Shown in pieces: positions 34,175-45,882 of a stretch of DNA of 64,000 bases. The DNA comes from Pelomyxa schiedti (Eukaryota; Protista; Evosea), in the NCBI GenBank assembly GCA_020536535.1, contig JAHLWZ010000179.1:1-64000 (forward strand), in the 5' to 3' direction. The notes beneath the pieces are model-generated. The model did no database searches. It was not told where the DNA came from and worked only from the letters and a program-made list of their open reading frames with translations. The translations under genes were made by a program, and so were the position numbers. How positions within the stretch are numbered: the stretch's first letter is position 1; every line of letters begins with the position of its first letter.

Positions 34175-36799
34175 TCAGAAGTGGGATACAATAAATACCC
34201 AGGAACCAGACAGAGGATTGTAGGACTTTAGGGTGGCTCCAAACTGTTGTGTGGATCTGGCTAGCTTCCTTGCATAGGAGTTGGAATGTGCTGGGTCACT
34301 TGGTAGGCATCCCTCAAGGGTGACTTCAGCCTCGCGGTTCAATCCAAAGCCAATGGGAGGTTTGCGAGAGCCGGGGTAGAGAGTAACTTTGTGAGGCTCA
34401 AACACAACTGTTGCACATAAATCGAGTCCTGTGATGTCAATGTCTGGTCCACTGAATACGACGCGGCCACTACCCTTCTTTCCTATCTCAAAAGTGGAAA
34501 GGTGCTCGAGCTCGTCGGGTGTCATCCTATTCAGCTCATCAACAGGGGGAATAGTGTAGTACTCTGGGGATAGTGTGAACTTGTGCTGGAGGGGTTCATT
34601 TTCTTCTTCGTGGCTAGGTGAAAATGGTGGAGGGGAGTTAGGAATTAGAGTGGGCTTGATTGCTACTGGTGTAGAAGTAGGCTGTGACATATTGCTGGGT
34701 GTTGTGGTCTCTATGGATTTCATGGGGGTAGCTCTGGGGAGGGGAGAAGCTATAATCTGTTCACGGGTGCTGCTTTTTGGTATGATTGGAGAAAGCGTTG
34801 ACAACATCTGCGGTGTCTGAGTGATTTGCTGATTTGTGGATGTACTCAGGTCGAATCGAACTGTCTTTTCGGGAGTTGACTTTTGGGAAAGTGGAGTTGC
34901 AGGTAATTTAGAGAATGTCTCCTTTCCAAGACTTGCTGTTGTGTTACTTTTCATTTGGGAAGGAGTCCGATATGGGTTCTGTGACGATGGTGGGATTACT
35001 TGGCGTCGACTTCTTGTAGGAAGACGATACGGGCTTGGTGAAACTGGGACATCACTGAGAACACTGAAACGAGGGTGCACTACAACTGTGAAAAGGGTAC
35101 AAGGGAGGAATCAATACCTTGAAGCGGGGAAGGTGCCAGGGTTGCATAAGAGTATTGTGTCTGTTGAAAGGGTTGATTTGTTTGTGACTTAGGAATATTT
35201 GCAGCCAAATCCTTAAATCCCGGAATGGACCCATAAGGAGTGTTTGATGCAGTTGAAACACTAGGAGGGGCGTTGTGAAGCTGGGTGGGTGGTGCAGGCA
35301 GAGTGAGAGCTACGTTCGCATTTTGTTCTGGTTACCGTGAAAATACAAACAAGTATGGAAGGAAGATTTACCTTGTTGTGAGGCAGTGTTTATTGGAGTA
35401 GCGGAAAATTGGAACTGTGTTTGAGTTGGTTGTTGGAGTTGAGGTTGTATCTGAGTTTGTGGTTGGACCTGAAACTGGAACTGTGGTTGTGGTTGTGGTT
35501 GTGGTTGTGGTTGTGACTGTGGTTGCGGCTGCGGTTGTGTCTGCTGTAATTGTGGTTGAAACTGCAGCTGTGTCTGTGGTTGCGGCTGAAACTGCAGTTG
35601 TGGTGGTGGTTGCGCTGCCGGCAGTTGTGGTTGGAACTGGAACTGCTGTGGTTGAGTTTGAGGTGATTGCTGCGGAACCTGTTGCTGTGGCTGTGGCAAA
35701 AATGATATCTGTTGAGATGGGGTGGGGGCTTGCTGTGAAGGGGTAGGTGTAAAAGAGAATAAGCCTGGCTGAGCTTGTGTTTGTGGTGGCTGAGAAAACT
35801 GCGTGGAGGGCACTTGTGAAGGTGTGCTTGTGGTATTAGTCGAAAAGGAAAATGCGGTAGAAGGTGGAGGAAAAGTTGAAGATGTGGATGGGGTTATTTG
35901 AGGTGCTGTAGGTGTCTGTGCTGAGGGAGGAAAGGAAAAAGGTGTAGCTGGTGGCTGGGTAACTGGAGTCGAGGTAGGCCTGCAGTTGATCGGACCGAAA
36001 TAAAGTGAACTCGAAAAAAGGCATGTAGGAGGAGAAAATACATTGCTGAGCTTTTACAGTGGTCCCAACGGTGTTCTTCAAAACATTGTGACTTGTATGG
36101 CTCCATGGCAGTAAAGGACATTAGAAGGGTGTCAGGGTCTGCCCTTGTTGGCTCAAAGGGCTTCTTGACAGTTCTGAATGATAACAACAATAAGTAAATT
36201 ACAAAAAACAAGAAGAAGAAAGAAAAGGAAAAAAGACATACGCTTGAGCAAGGGGACGACTGAAAGATTGCTGTTGGCTTTGTGATAGAGAGCTACCAGT
36301 AGGTTGCTGGACACCAAACCCCTGGAATTGTGACAGCGTCGGCTGTGTCTGTTGTGGCTGTGCCTGCACATTTGCAAACTGAAACGGCATCCCTTGCTGC
36401 TGCTGCTGCTGCTGCATAGAAGTGGTACCAGTGGTTCCCCCCCCAAAAGGCGACGCCACCCCTCCGCCTCCCGTGAACGAGAACGCCTGCGGCTGCGCTT
36501 GTGGTTGTGCCTGTGGCTGCGTCGACGGGGCTGGTGTGCCAAAGGAGAAGGGGTTCCCGGGGGGGGGCAGTGGCGCCAGGCGGGGCGGCGGTGGCTACGG
36601 AGGGAGAGGGCGAGGGCAGGCCGAAGCTGAAGGGGCTGGCGGGCGGGGGTGCCATGGTCTGCGGGGGGGCCAGCGCCTGCGCCGCAGTAGGGGGGACGGT
36701 GGCGGGTCCTGGGGCGCCGAACGAGAACATGGGCGGGGGTGCAGTGCTGCTTGTGCTGGTGCTGGTGCTGGCAGTGGGTGTTCCAAATACAAATGCCAT
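34175..36799 (-). CDS. NUP98: Nup98-like nucleoporin (FxFG/Q-rich repeats, GLEBS, autoprotease-fold domain ending at HF-stop); 1-nt frameshift in a G9 run
   Basis: PFSFG repeats; SFTAMEPYKSQCFEEHRWDH (GLEBS); YYTIPP...GRVVF...GLDL...KPPIGFGLNREAEVTL...SYNPLSGSWVFIVSHF. Confidence 0.88.
35481..35530 (-). repeat. (CAACCA)n microsatellite encoding PQ repeats in NUP98
   Basis: GGTTGT repeats on the + strand. Confidence 0.85.
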
Positions 36800-36873
36800 T
36801 CGCGGGTCGCTCCCTGACCTCTTTAATGGTCTTTTGTTTCTGTTGTGTCTTTTTTTTTCAAGACTCAGGTTTT

Positions 36874-38553
36874 TTACAGGGAGAGGGTGAGGGCTTGTCC
36901 TTTGCGAGTGACAGCTACGAAAGCTGAGGTGTCGGTGCTAGGGAGGGTGAGGAAAACTGTGTCTAGTGTGAATCGCTTGTGACAGAGTGCGGCGCCAGTG
37001 GAAAGCTGGAAAACATTGAGGTACCCAGCCCTGTGTGCTAGTTTAGAGATATTGTCGTGGGAGAATGGTTACTTGGTGATAACAAATGCCATTTCTTGCT
37101 TGCATACCTTAGCCATAGGTCAAGGTGGGAAAAAGGAACGCAAAAGGAGAGCGTACCTGTACGCCAACAGGGAAATCGTAGGTATCAGAAGTGTACTGGA
37201 ACTCCAGCATCTTTCTAGGAAAGGGATTTGAAGGATCCCCAGGAACCAGGTCTAGGATGTAAAGAAAGCCATCACTGAACTTCCTTTGTGTAAAAAGAAA
37301 CAGAACGCTTGGTACAGTCACTCCAGGAACTCTGTTAAAGAGACGAAAAATCAGATGTAGTAAAAGGGGAAAGACTTACTTGCACTCCGTAAAGCAGGCA
37401 GCATGAGCTTCGATAAATTGGCTAGCTCCTTTTGTGATAGAATGCAACTGTGAACAGCCAACGATTTGTGTTCCCTGTTGGGAGAAATTATGTGATTTTT
37501 GTTTCTGAAAAGGAGGCTGAGTACCGAACTTTTAATCCCCACAAGAATTAACCAATCCCCCGAGGGATCCCGTCGGTAGTTTATTATTTGGGCATCATCA
37601 AGGTTCGGTAACCTCTCAAACACCACTGTTGGGTGACTTCCTATCACCAGGTAAATGCTAGATTATAGCTCACCAAAGTTACTTTACACACTATCTATCT
37701 GCCAGTGATAAACAGTCGTTGACGTGACAAGTGCCAGGCATTTATTTGAAATCCACTTCCAGAAAACGATGTGTCTAGGCATCTTATACTCTTTGATGAG
37801 AGTTACGTCATCCATGTCATACACTTGAAGTGTTCTGCCAGCTGATCCCGGGTTAAAAAAAAGATAGTTGCACACAGTGCATCCAAGGTGGTAGAGGGTA
37901 ATAAGATTTGTTTTAGGTGTGCCTGTTTACGTGAGGAGTGCCTCTCAGGTGGTTCCGTGAGTAAAGGCTTATCATCTGGCATCATGCATCCTTTCTCACC
38001 ATTGGAGAATCGGCCTGTGTGTACATTTGTTTGTGGAAGTTTGATATTTATCAATTCAGTCATGTTTGTATAAATTGTACCTGAAATTACAAGTAAGCTC
38101 CGATCCGGGGATACAATGGCTGCATTAGCAGTGGTAGAAATTTTTAGAACACCATCTCGAGCTGAAGGGGAAGTGGCGGAAGCTGTTGTGGTGTTTGTAG
38201 GAGGGGGTGCCGCTGTCTCCACATCAACAATAGTTACGGTGTTAGTGCTGGGTGCTTTTTCACAAATGCAAATGTGTTTGTCAGACTCCATAGTCAGAGC
38301 CGTGACAGCAAAATATTCAGGATTTATCCCTAAAGGCCCTAACTAGTGTTCAAACGTGAGACAACCTGAAGGGGAAAAAGGTGTGGATCACATTAATAAG
38401 TTCTTTGCACGTAACAGACACCGTAGCCCCACAACCGCGACTATTTGTAGTGACAGTTGTAGATCTCTCAACCGCCCCTGGCGAACTCCTCCTCGACCGC
38501 TCCGCTGCCCCCGGCGAACTCTTCCTCATTCGGTTTTTCTGGAAATCTGCCAT
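36874..38553 (-). CDS. Stand-alone clathrin heavy-chain N-terminal beta-propeller (terminal domain only)
   Basis: LGINPEY...LTMESDKHICICEK...AGRTLQVYD...IVFWKWIS...LVTSTTVYHW...QIINYRRD...WLILVGI...IEAHAACF...DFPVGVQ...ITKAGYL...VTRKGQALTLSL-stop. Confidence 0.85.
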
Positions 38554-38746
38554 CTGCGTTTGATGGTTTTCGAACCACAACGATTGAATGTTGCACGTGG
38601 AGGCTATTACACGGAATGCCTCACCACTCATTTACCCTGCGTGGTTCCCTTGAAAAAAGAGGGGGAAAAAAAGATGAAATTATGAAGGAAGGAACTTCTC
38701 TTTGTACACCAAATTACCGTTACACTCCCACACAACCGGGGAGGCA

Positions 38747-39629
38747 CTACAATAGTCCTGAGTTTGCAGCCTGTACAAGGTGGTGCCCAAGTTCATCAAA
38801 GAGTTGTTTAATGTTTTGGCCTGTCTTTGCACTGCATTCCATGAAAATTGGTGACTGTGCCCCGCTTTGGGCCAGTTGCCGAACATATTCCTGGGCAGTT
38901 GCTGTTGGTACAACACGGTGATCCGCCAAATCAAGTTTGTTTCCAGCTATGGCCAGAATGATATTTGGTTGTGCCCGCACTTTAAGTTCATCAACCCATC
39001 GTTGCATAACTTCATAGGAATCCTAACACAAAGGTAAGTTCGATGGAACTAAACATTGAGAAATGCACACCGCACTGGTGATGTCGTACACTGGCCAAAA
39101 TAAGTTAATTCGGAAAAGGATTGAAAGCTAAACATACCGACAATTGCGGCAGACGCTCCTCTAAAGTACATAGGTGTCAAAGAGCGGTACCTTTCCTGCC
39201 CAGCAGTGTCCCATATCTTAGTGACTGTGAGATAAATAAAAGAGTAACAATTAAAAAAAAAAGACCGAAAGGCAGTACCTCGAGCTTTACATCCCTATCA
39301 TCAACTGGGACCCTGTGTACTTGAAACGACGCTCTTTGAAAAGTTAATTTGCAAGGAAAAAGAAAGGAAAAGCACTCTACCCAATAGTTGGTGTAGTTTT
39401 TTCGTAATCGTTTCGGCACAGTCTCTCCACAATACATGTCTTTCCAGTGTTGCTGTCGCCAACCAGAACAAGTTTAACTCCTTTTTCCAGAACCACGGGT
39501 CGTTTCTCCCCGACACGCACACCTGAAGTCGTTGTTGGTTCATCATTATGGGATGAGTGAAGTACCCTGCGCGTGTTTGTCCTTGAGTTGCTGCTGTTTC
39601 TTCGCCTTGTTGCCGTTACAGAACCCCAT
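38747..39629 (-). CDS. Rab5-like GTPase with N-terminal MGxC and no C-terminal cysteines
   Basis: MGFCNGNK...[14 protein letters not shown]...TIGASF...[31 protein letters not shown]...AIAGNKLDL...ECSAKTG...ANSGLL-stop. Confidence 0.85.
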
Positions 39630-39888
39630 CGCGATCTCTTGTTTATTTGGTTTTTTAATTAAGTTTTTCCTTTGTTAACGGTTGGGATATTTTGCTTGAA
39701 TCTGATTCAGGTTCAGTTTTCATTACGCCCCGGGTTGCCATTCTGGACAATCTGACACCCGAACTTTGAAGTTCAGAGTTTGAGGAACGTTGAGAAGAAG
39801 GAAAGTCAATTCTTTGCAATGTACAGTTACAGTCCGGTACTGTGAAGTAAATGGCTTCGAAGCCTCGGAATTGATTGTGAGGGACGCC

Positions 39889-42851
39889 CTAGTAGCCCAG
39901 CTTGATGATTTTTATCAACAGCGCGGCATTGTTGGCGTTGATTGCCTCACGGGACGCTGCTGTGATTCTCTTTTTGGGAGGACCAACTTGGAAATTCATG
40001 GTTGGTGTTGTGAGGTAAACAAATGTACAGAGCAAACCTCGGAGATTGGCAGCGTGTTGAACAAGCAAATTCAAATCTTTGAGTGCAGAGAGAAGAGCGT
40101 TGTAGTTTGACTCACGTTTGCGGTATTCCCTTATTAAGTCTTCATTGACTTCAAATAAACTGCTGTAAGCTTCTTTGGTCCGTTTCCTGTATTTCATTCG
40201 GTCAGTTAGAAAGGGACTGGATTGTGTGTGAGTTTCTCCACATTTCATTTAGAAGCCTGCTGTCCTCGGCCTGTATTAACAATGCTTTGATGAGAGTTGC
40301 ACTTTCCGCCATTTCAGCTGTTAGCTTCACCCTAACTTGGAAAAGTAAGCCGTAGAAGTATTTGGAACAAAAAGTCACTTCTGACCTGCTTGGTATTCTT
40401 CAACCTTCTGGAGTGCTCTACGGTATTGCTCTAAGGAACCAAAGGTTTAAAAACAAAAAACCGTTGATTGCTAGAAACCAGTAATTTCATCAGACATTGT
40501 TGCAGTTGATTCCAGAGAAGTGACATTTAGGAAGGAGCAAAGATCTTGAATAAGAGCACCTGCCAGGGCAATATCATCCGATTTCAGGGTCACCTGTCAG
40601 TCCTCAAAATTTGGAAATTCCCAATGCAAATTACCCTCCCGTCAACTACTATAAGTCGTAGTGGAGTATTATCCCTTAAGTGTACAAAGGACATATCAAT
40701 AGAACTTGGTGCACTGTGCGGTGATTCAATTAAGAAACTCTGCTGGAGCCACAGCCAGAACTGAGGATGATTAGTTGAGAATGGGAGGTTTGCATTTACC
40801 CTATTCACACGCTCCTGTATCTGGAACTCGACCACTGAGACAGGTTCTTTAACCTTTGCACTAGATGTAGGAGCAAACATTGAAAACTTTGGTATTCGTT
40901 GAACTAAATCTATAACAATGTACTGCTCTCTTTGAGAGTGTTAGACTCTTGTAGGGGGAAAAAAAAAATTACATACGCATTTCTATGACCCACAAGAAGT
41001 TTGATATTCAAATCTTCTGTTGAATCTTTTGGAGGCTGCAAGGGTACGACGGCGCTTATGCATGGCTCCTTGAAATGCCTGCACGGGAAAAGTTATATAT
41101 AAGTTTTCGTCGTTTCACTTACACAGTCAATCATTCTTAACACAACTAAACGCACACAAATTGGTTGCCTGAAGGGAAGACTGTTTCTGAGAAAAGTAAA
41201 AGCCCATGTATTAATAGGCGGTCATCAGAACTGTTAATTCCAACTTCAAGCTGGATGCATTGGACACCAAACGTCAATTTACACAAAGTGCGTATGGGTG
41301 GTATGGCGTTTTGGGTAGAACTAGTGCTAGAAGAACCCGCAGCAGCATCTTCGTAACTCTTCAACTGGGATAGTAGTTGCTGTATACAGTGATGTGCTTA
41401 ACAGATCTGGTTGGAAAAGAGTCTTACTCACTTGCCGTTTTTGATTAAGTTCGATCAAGGACTCTTCAATTTGCGTTCTTTCAATGGATCCGCCTTGGGC
41501 ATCTCGAGAAAGTGGAGTGTATCCTCTAACTTGTGGGGAAACGGTGAGTGTATATTAATCAAGAAGATGCATGCAGACCTTCACCACTTTGTGAGCAAAC
41601 AATTAGTTCCTCTGTTCCTGTCATCCTATAGTCTGCAGATAAGACAGCAGCAATGGGTGAATCCAAAGTATCTTTGAACACCAAGTCTCCAGTACGATCA
41701 GAGCGTACTTCAAAGCGACCATTTGTCCACCCTGATACCAGCTCTGCGACACCATCTTGATCAAAGTCCATTCTGATGTAGTGTTACAGCAAACAGATTT
41801 GACAGCTACTATTGACCCGCAAAGAGAAACTGGTTTATGTCTTGACTTGACCCTCCATATTCTCTTTGTTTTATCGTAGAGGCCAACAATTCCATTGGAA
41901 AGTGAAAACCTTTCATAGTGATCAAAAAAGGTGCCGAAAGAAGAAGAATTACCCAAAATGAGATCCGTAAAGGGGGCATAACCCTGTTACCACATTTGAT
42001 TCGTTAACTTCAGCTAGCAATTCAGATGTGGAGGAGAAAGCTCGAATGTCAAAATCTTCACTCCCCACAATGAGCTCATTTGTTCCATCCTTCCTTGAGT
42101 TAAAACATAAAAAGACTGAGATATAAGTCCAAAAAAGTACTCACAGAATTGAAATCCAAGACACCCATGCTTGTTACATTATCACCAGTTACAGTGAAAA
42201 ATTGTTCTTCACCAGTCCCATCGAATCCCTGAATGTTACAGTTCCCTCCAACAATAGCTTGTTGTACATTGCTTTCACCCAGAGTTCCCATACAAATCTT
42301 GGTAAAACGTGTTTGAACGAAGAGAAATTTGGTGTTGTTGACTATATTCATCATACCACATTTACACCGTCATCAACTTCCTTAAAGAATATGTCCTGGT
42401 TCCGTTCAACATCAAACCTAGAAGGAAATTTACAAAAAAATAGTAAGTAATAAGAGTAATGGAGCTATACAAGTCCCTAAACAAGAACATACGCAAGAAG
42501 ATTACTTGGTGTCCCAACCAACAAAACGTCGTGAGCAGGTTCTTTGCCCGAACCACCCAGTTTTGCAAAGCACCCAGAAGCAAGAGCAGTCACTTTCTCG
42601 TTTACATTGAGGAACCTGAATTGGTTCCCCATTGTGTTTATTGCCACAGTACCAGCTGGTGCAACAAACGGTGTATGAACAAATACCTTCCCTCCTGTAG
42701 TACTGCACGCCAACGAAGGGTGTACTCCATCAACTAGTTTGTTGGGGTGTAGTTGAGTTTAATCCGTATGTACGAAATCCATACATTTGCCAATGGTCGC
42801 TCTTCCTGGTTGAATGCTGGTGTTGAGGTGAAGGGTAAACGACGGCAACAT
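39889..42851 (-). CDS. BBS2: Bardet-Biedl syndrome 2 protein (BBSome)
   Basis: MLPSFTLHL...ATIGK...LACSTTGGKVFVHTP; AIVGGNCNIQGFD; DFDQDGVAELVSGWTNGRFEVRS; C-terminal VGPPKKRITAASREAINANN. Confidence 0.93.
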
Positions 42852-42930
42852 CCTACTGTGGTTGTTGCCGACAATAAAACGGAACAAAAAGCAAACCAAA
42901 ACCGGTTGCACAGAAAATCGTATCCGGGGC

Positions 42931-43074
42931 ATGGAGGACGCCTTCGTGGAGATGCTACTTGGTGTTGCTTCGGGGGTGATCCTTGTTTGTATGGGCGTGT
43001 ACATGTTGTATCGCACATTCAGGTTAATGCCCACTGCCCTCACTTTTCGAAAACCTCATCCACCTGTAGAATGA
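42931..43074 (+). CDS. Candidate 47-aa single-TM microprotein
   Basis: MEDAFVEMLLGVASGVILVCMGVYMLYRTFRLMP...; acidic N-terminus, one hydrophobic helix, basic residues after it; fills the gap between BBS2 and MEIOB. Confidence 0.45.
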   Translation: MEDAFVEMLLGVASGVILVCMGVYMLYRTFRLMPTALTFRKPHPPVE

Positions 43075-43158
43075 AGGAAGAGGAATTCCCTCACCCGAAG
43101 CACAACTAGGTTGTCAAATTAATTGCGTTTTTCCTTCAAAGCACTCAATAGAACACCA

Positions 43159-44949
43159 TTACTTTGGGTCTATGGCGAGATAGCTTTCGTATTCCGTGAT
43201 GGGTTGTATGGAGAGTATGTACAATCGCCTTTGAAAAGCATGGAACTGTACGTGCATGCGTTGCCACCTATACTTCCAAGCAAGTTCCGTGTTATCTGTG
43301 TACTGTGTAGATCAGAATTACAGTAAAGAATCAGAGAACAACTACATCGCCAAAGGGTGCAATAGCCTCTCCTGTTGGAATTGTTAGGAGTGAGTGGGAG
43401 TGCATGGGTCTTACCAAAAACTGCGATGTTTTCTAGTGATCCTGTATTGTCTGATTTTCATTAGTGATGGCAATGTTTAAATTAACCACCTATAAGTGTA
43501 AGAGAGAGAAATCTGGATGCCTCTGTTCCTACAACTCATGTGAGTTGCCTTTTTTGTTTTTTTTGTTTGTGTATGTGTCACCTTTCAGGGCAATCTGAGA
43601 CACAAGGCACAAAATGTTTCCATAGGAACTGAGGGAATTATCCACAAGGTGCTTGGCTCTAGATAGAGGTTTCAAGAAACTCGAAGGAGTTTGGGCATTA
43701 CGTCTTTATAAAGAACCACTCTGTGATGTTAGCTTTGTCATCTTGAGTTCCAGGTTTTTTCTTTTTAGAAAAATGAGGTATTTCTCTTGACTGTACATTT
43801 TTCTTTTGTATGAAGCTCTGGGTTCTCCTTTACCCATGATATCACACTGGAAATTTTTCTAATCACTGATTAAGGTCAACACCACTTGTTAGTCTTATAC
43901 GAACTCGTTATGTTCATCATGGCAGTGAAAAACTGGTAACTTAATAAGCAGAACAATAGGAAGGCAAAAGTAACCTTCACTCTTGAAATCGTATGTAACT
44001 CCTGCTTGCCCATTGAAATGCCGTACTTGTAGATTGGTGAAGGTTAAAACTGAAGGAATTTTAAGTTGTGTGGTCAGTATTCATTTTTGCCATACTAGAG
44101 TGCCCTTCCTCCCACTCTTCAAGGAGTTGCGTATCAGTTTCCCAGCTTTTTATTGATGATTTTTTTTTGGGGTTTTTGTTTGAAACATACAAAGTTACAA
44201 AGATAGAGCTTGTAGCATCTGCCAATATTATCGATCTTTTTGTTACCACTGTTCCATGGCGTGTGGACACTGCTTTTGAGGATAGTATCTATTTTCCAGA
44301 TTAGCTTCTTCTCGGTTTTAGGCTATACCTTTTTCACAGCTCCCACAACATCCACTCGTGCCTGAGATTAATTAATACTGTCAAACAAATGACCTACTTG
44401 ATCAGGCAAAGCTTGTATCTGAGAAATGAATATGTATGACGTCCTCGAAGAAGGCTGATCTGAGAGACATTAAGCAAGTTTTTTTCCCTGTTTTGAACAG
44501 ATACCATAGGCACAATCAAGAGGCGACTGATGTAAACTTATACAGGGCTCACTGCATACAATTTCATATCCCAGTGAGTCTTGCCTCACCTTTACAACAG
44601 GACACTGAACGCGAATGGCCTGCCCTATCTGTTTCTCATTAGTCTGAATAAAAACTACTAGTAAGAACATTAATGGAGTCTGCCAGAGCAGCACAATTCT
44701 TTACGCACACTACAGGTATTGTCCCGCTATCATCCCTTACTCTTTTATCTAGGGTGAGATCGAACTAGAAATGAAAATTCTGAAGTACAAAAGCATGGTG
44801 CTTCTCTGAGAACTGGGACCAACAACTACCAGAAGTAAGTCCGTAAAGAGTACTACCATAGGCGTACATCTCTTCTTGACAGCATAACCAAGGACAAATC
44901 TGCTCCGCCCTATGTCGGGATTGAGATCCCCTATGTTGCACCTCCTCAT
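43159..44949 (-). CDS. MEIOB: MEIOB-like meiotic OB-fold ssDNA-binding protein
   Basis: IGDLNP...VLGYAVKK; VDVVGAVK...KRSIILADATSSIFVTLW; DNTGSLENIAVFG; TELAWKYRWQRMHV resembles the MEIOB C-terminal T-L-W...R signature. Confidence 0.65.
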
Positions 44950-45073
44950 GTGTTTATTATTTCCTTTGATCTCCAGGATCTTGCCTCTCAATTTTTTGTA
45001 TTGTTGGTGTCACCTGCCAACATGCCAATCACAGCTAAAAAAAAACCAAGAACTGTTTTATGAAAAACTGACA

Positions 45074-45831
45074 TCACGAAAGTGAACGAAGCACAGCACG
45101 AACAGGAGACCCGCAAACCCCAGCTAGCTTCAAAGGTAGTGCAATGAGTTCATAGTCACCATCAGGCACACCCGAAAGAGCAAGGTTTTCTAGATTTGCC
45201 ATCCCGCGATCAAGCAGAGCATTGTGAGCAGGGAAATCCTTGCTCTCCGCTTGATCCACAGAGGGGAAGTCAACACCAATGAGAGTGTAGTGCAAATCCG
45301 CCAGCCTGTGGACAAGCTCTACGCTCAGGAACTGTTTGATTTGTCAGCTCCATCAGTATCCCATTGCAGTAAAAAGCATGTACCGGTGCCTCACTAGGCC
45401 ACTGTCCCTCTGGAATCCCACTGATCTCCGTCCTCAGTAAGAGTCGCTCTCCACCCTCGAGGGGCCTTGTTCCTAAATCGGCAAAGTGTATAGGCCCACG
45501 GTGCACTGGTACGTGAACTACACGGCACCTGTGTGTGGGCAACGGAAAATACAAGAGCCAGAAATTGGTGCGTCGTTTGGTTGAGGTCACAACTAACAAA
45601 CCTGCCGAGATAATGAGACAGAGGCATGTCGGCCATCGTTACCCCAGAGTCTCGCATGTGCCACGGCGCATCCGCGTGGGTGCCGAGATGGCAAGTTGCG
45701 GAGATGGCCGACAAGTTGCACGAGTCTCCACGGGAACGCAAGCCCGTATATGTAACCGTCAACGGCTGGTCTCCTGGCCACACCTTGATCGCTGGAGATA
45801 ACGTCTTGGTGACATCGTAGATACGGGCCAT
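45074..45831 (-). CDS. kynB: Kynurenine formamidase/cyclase family metal hydrolase
   Basis: VWPGD...HLGTHADAPWH, LIGVDFPSVD, LENLAL...YELIALPLKLAGVCGSPVRAVL; two introns. Confidence 0.9.
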
Positions 45832-45882
45832 CACTTTTCGAACAGACGAACCACACAAAATCACTTGATTGATTTTCGGCCA

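Noticed and set aside
36551-36570. Frameshift in NUP98 exon 1 as programmed recoding
   Set aside because: It lies in a 9-G homopolymer; removing one base restores NPFSFG. Assembly error is more likely in an essential gene
36799-36880. Splicing of the clathrin propeller into NUP98
   Set aside because: The stop falls exactly at the domain end, the spacer is purine-rich with no good acceptor, and NUP98 has its own ATG
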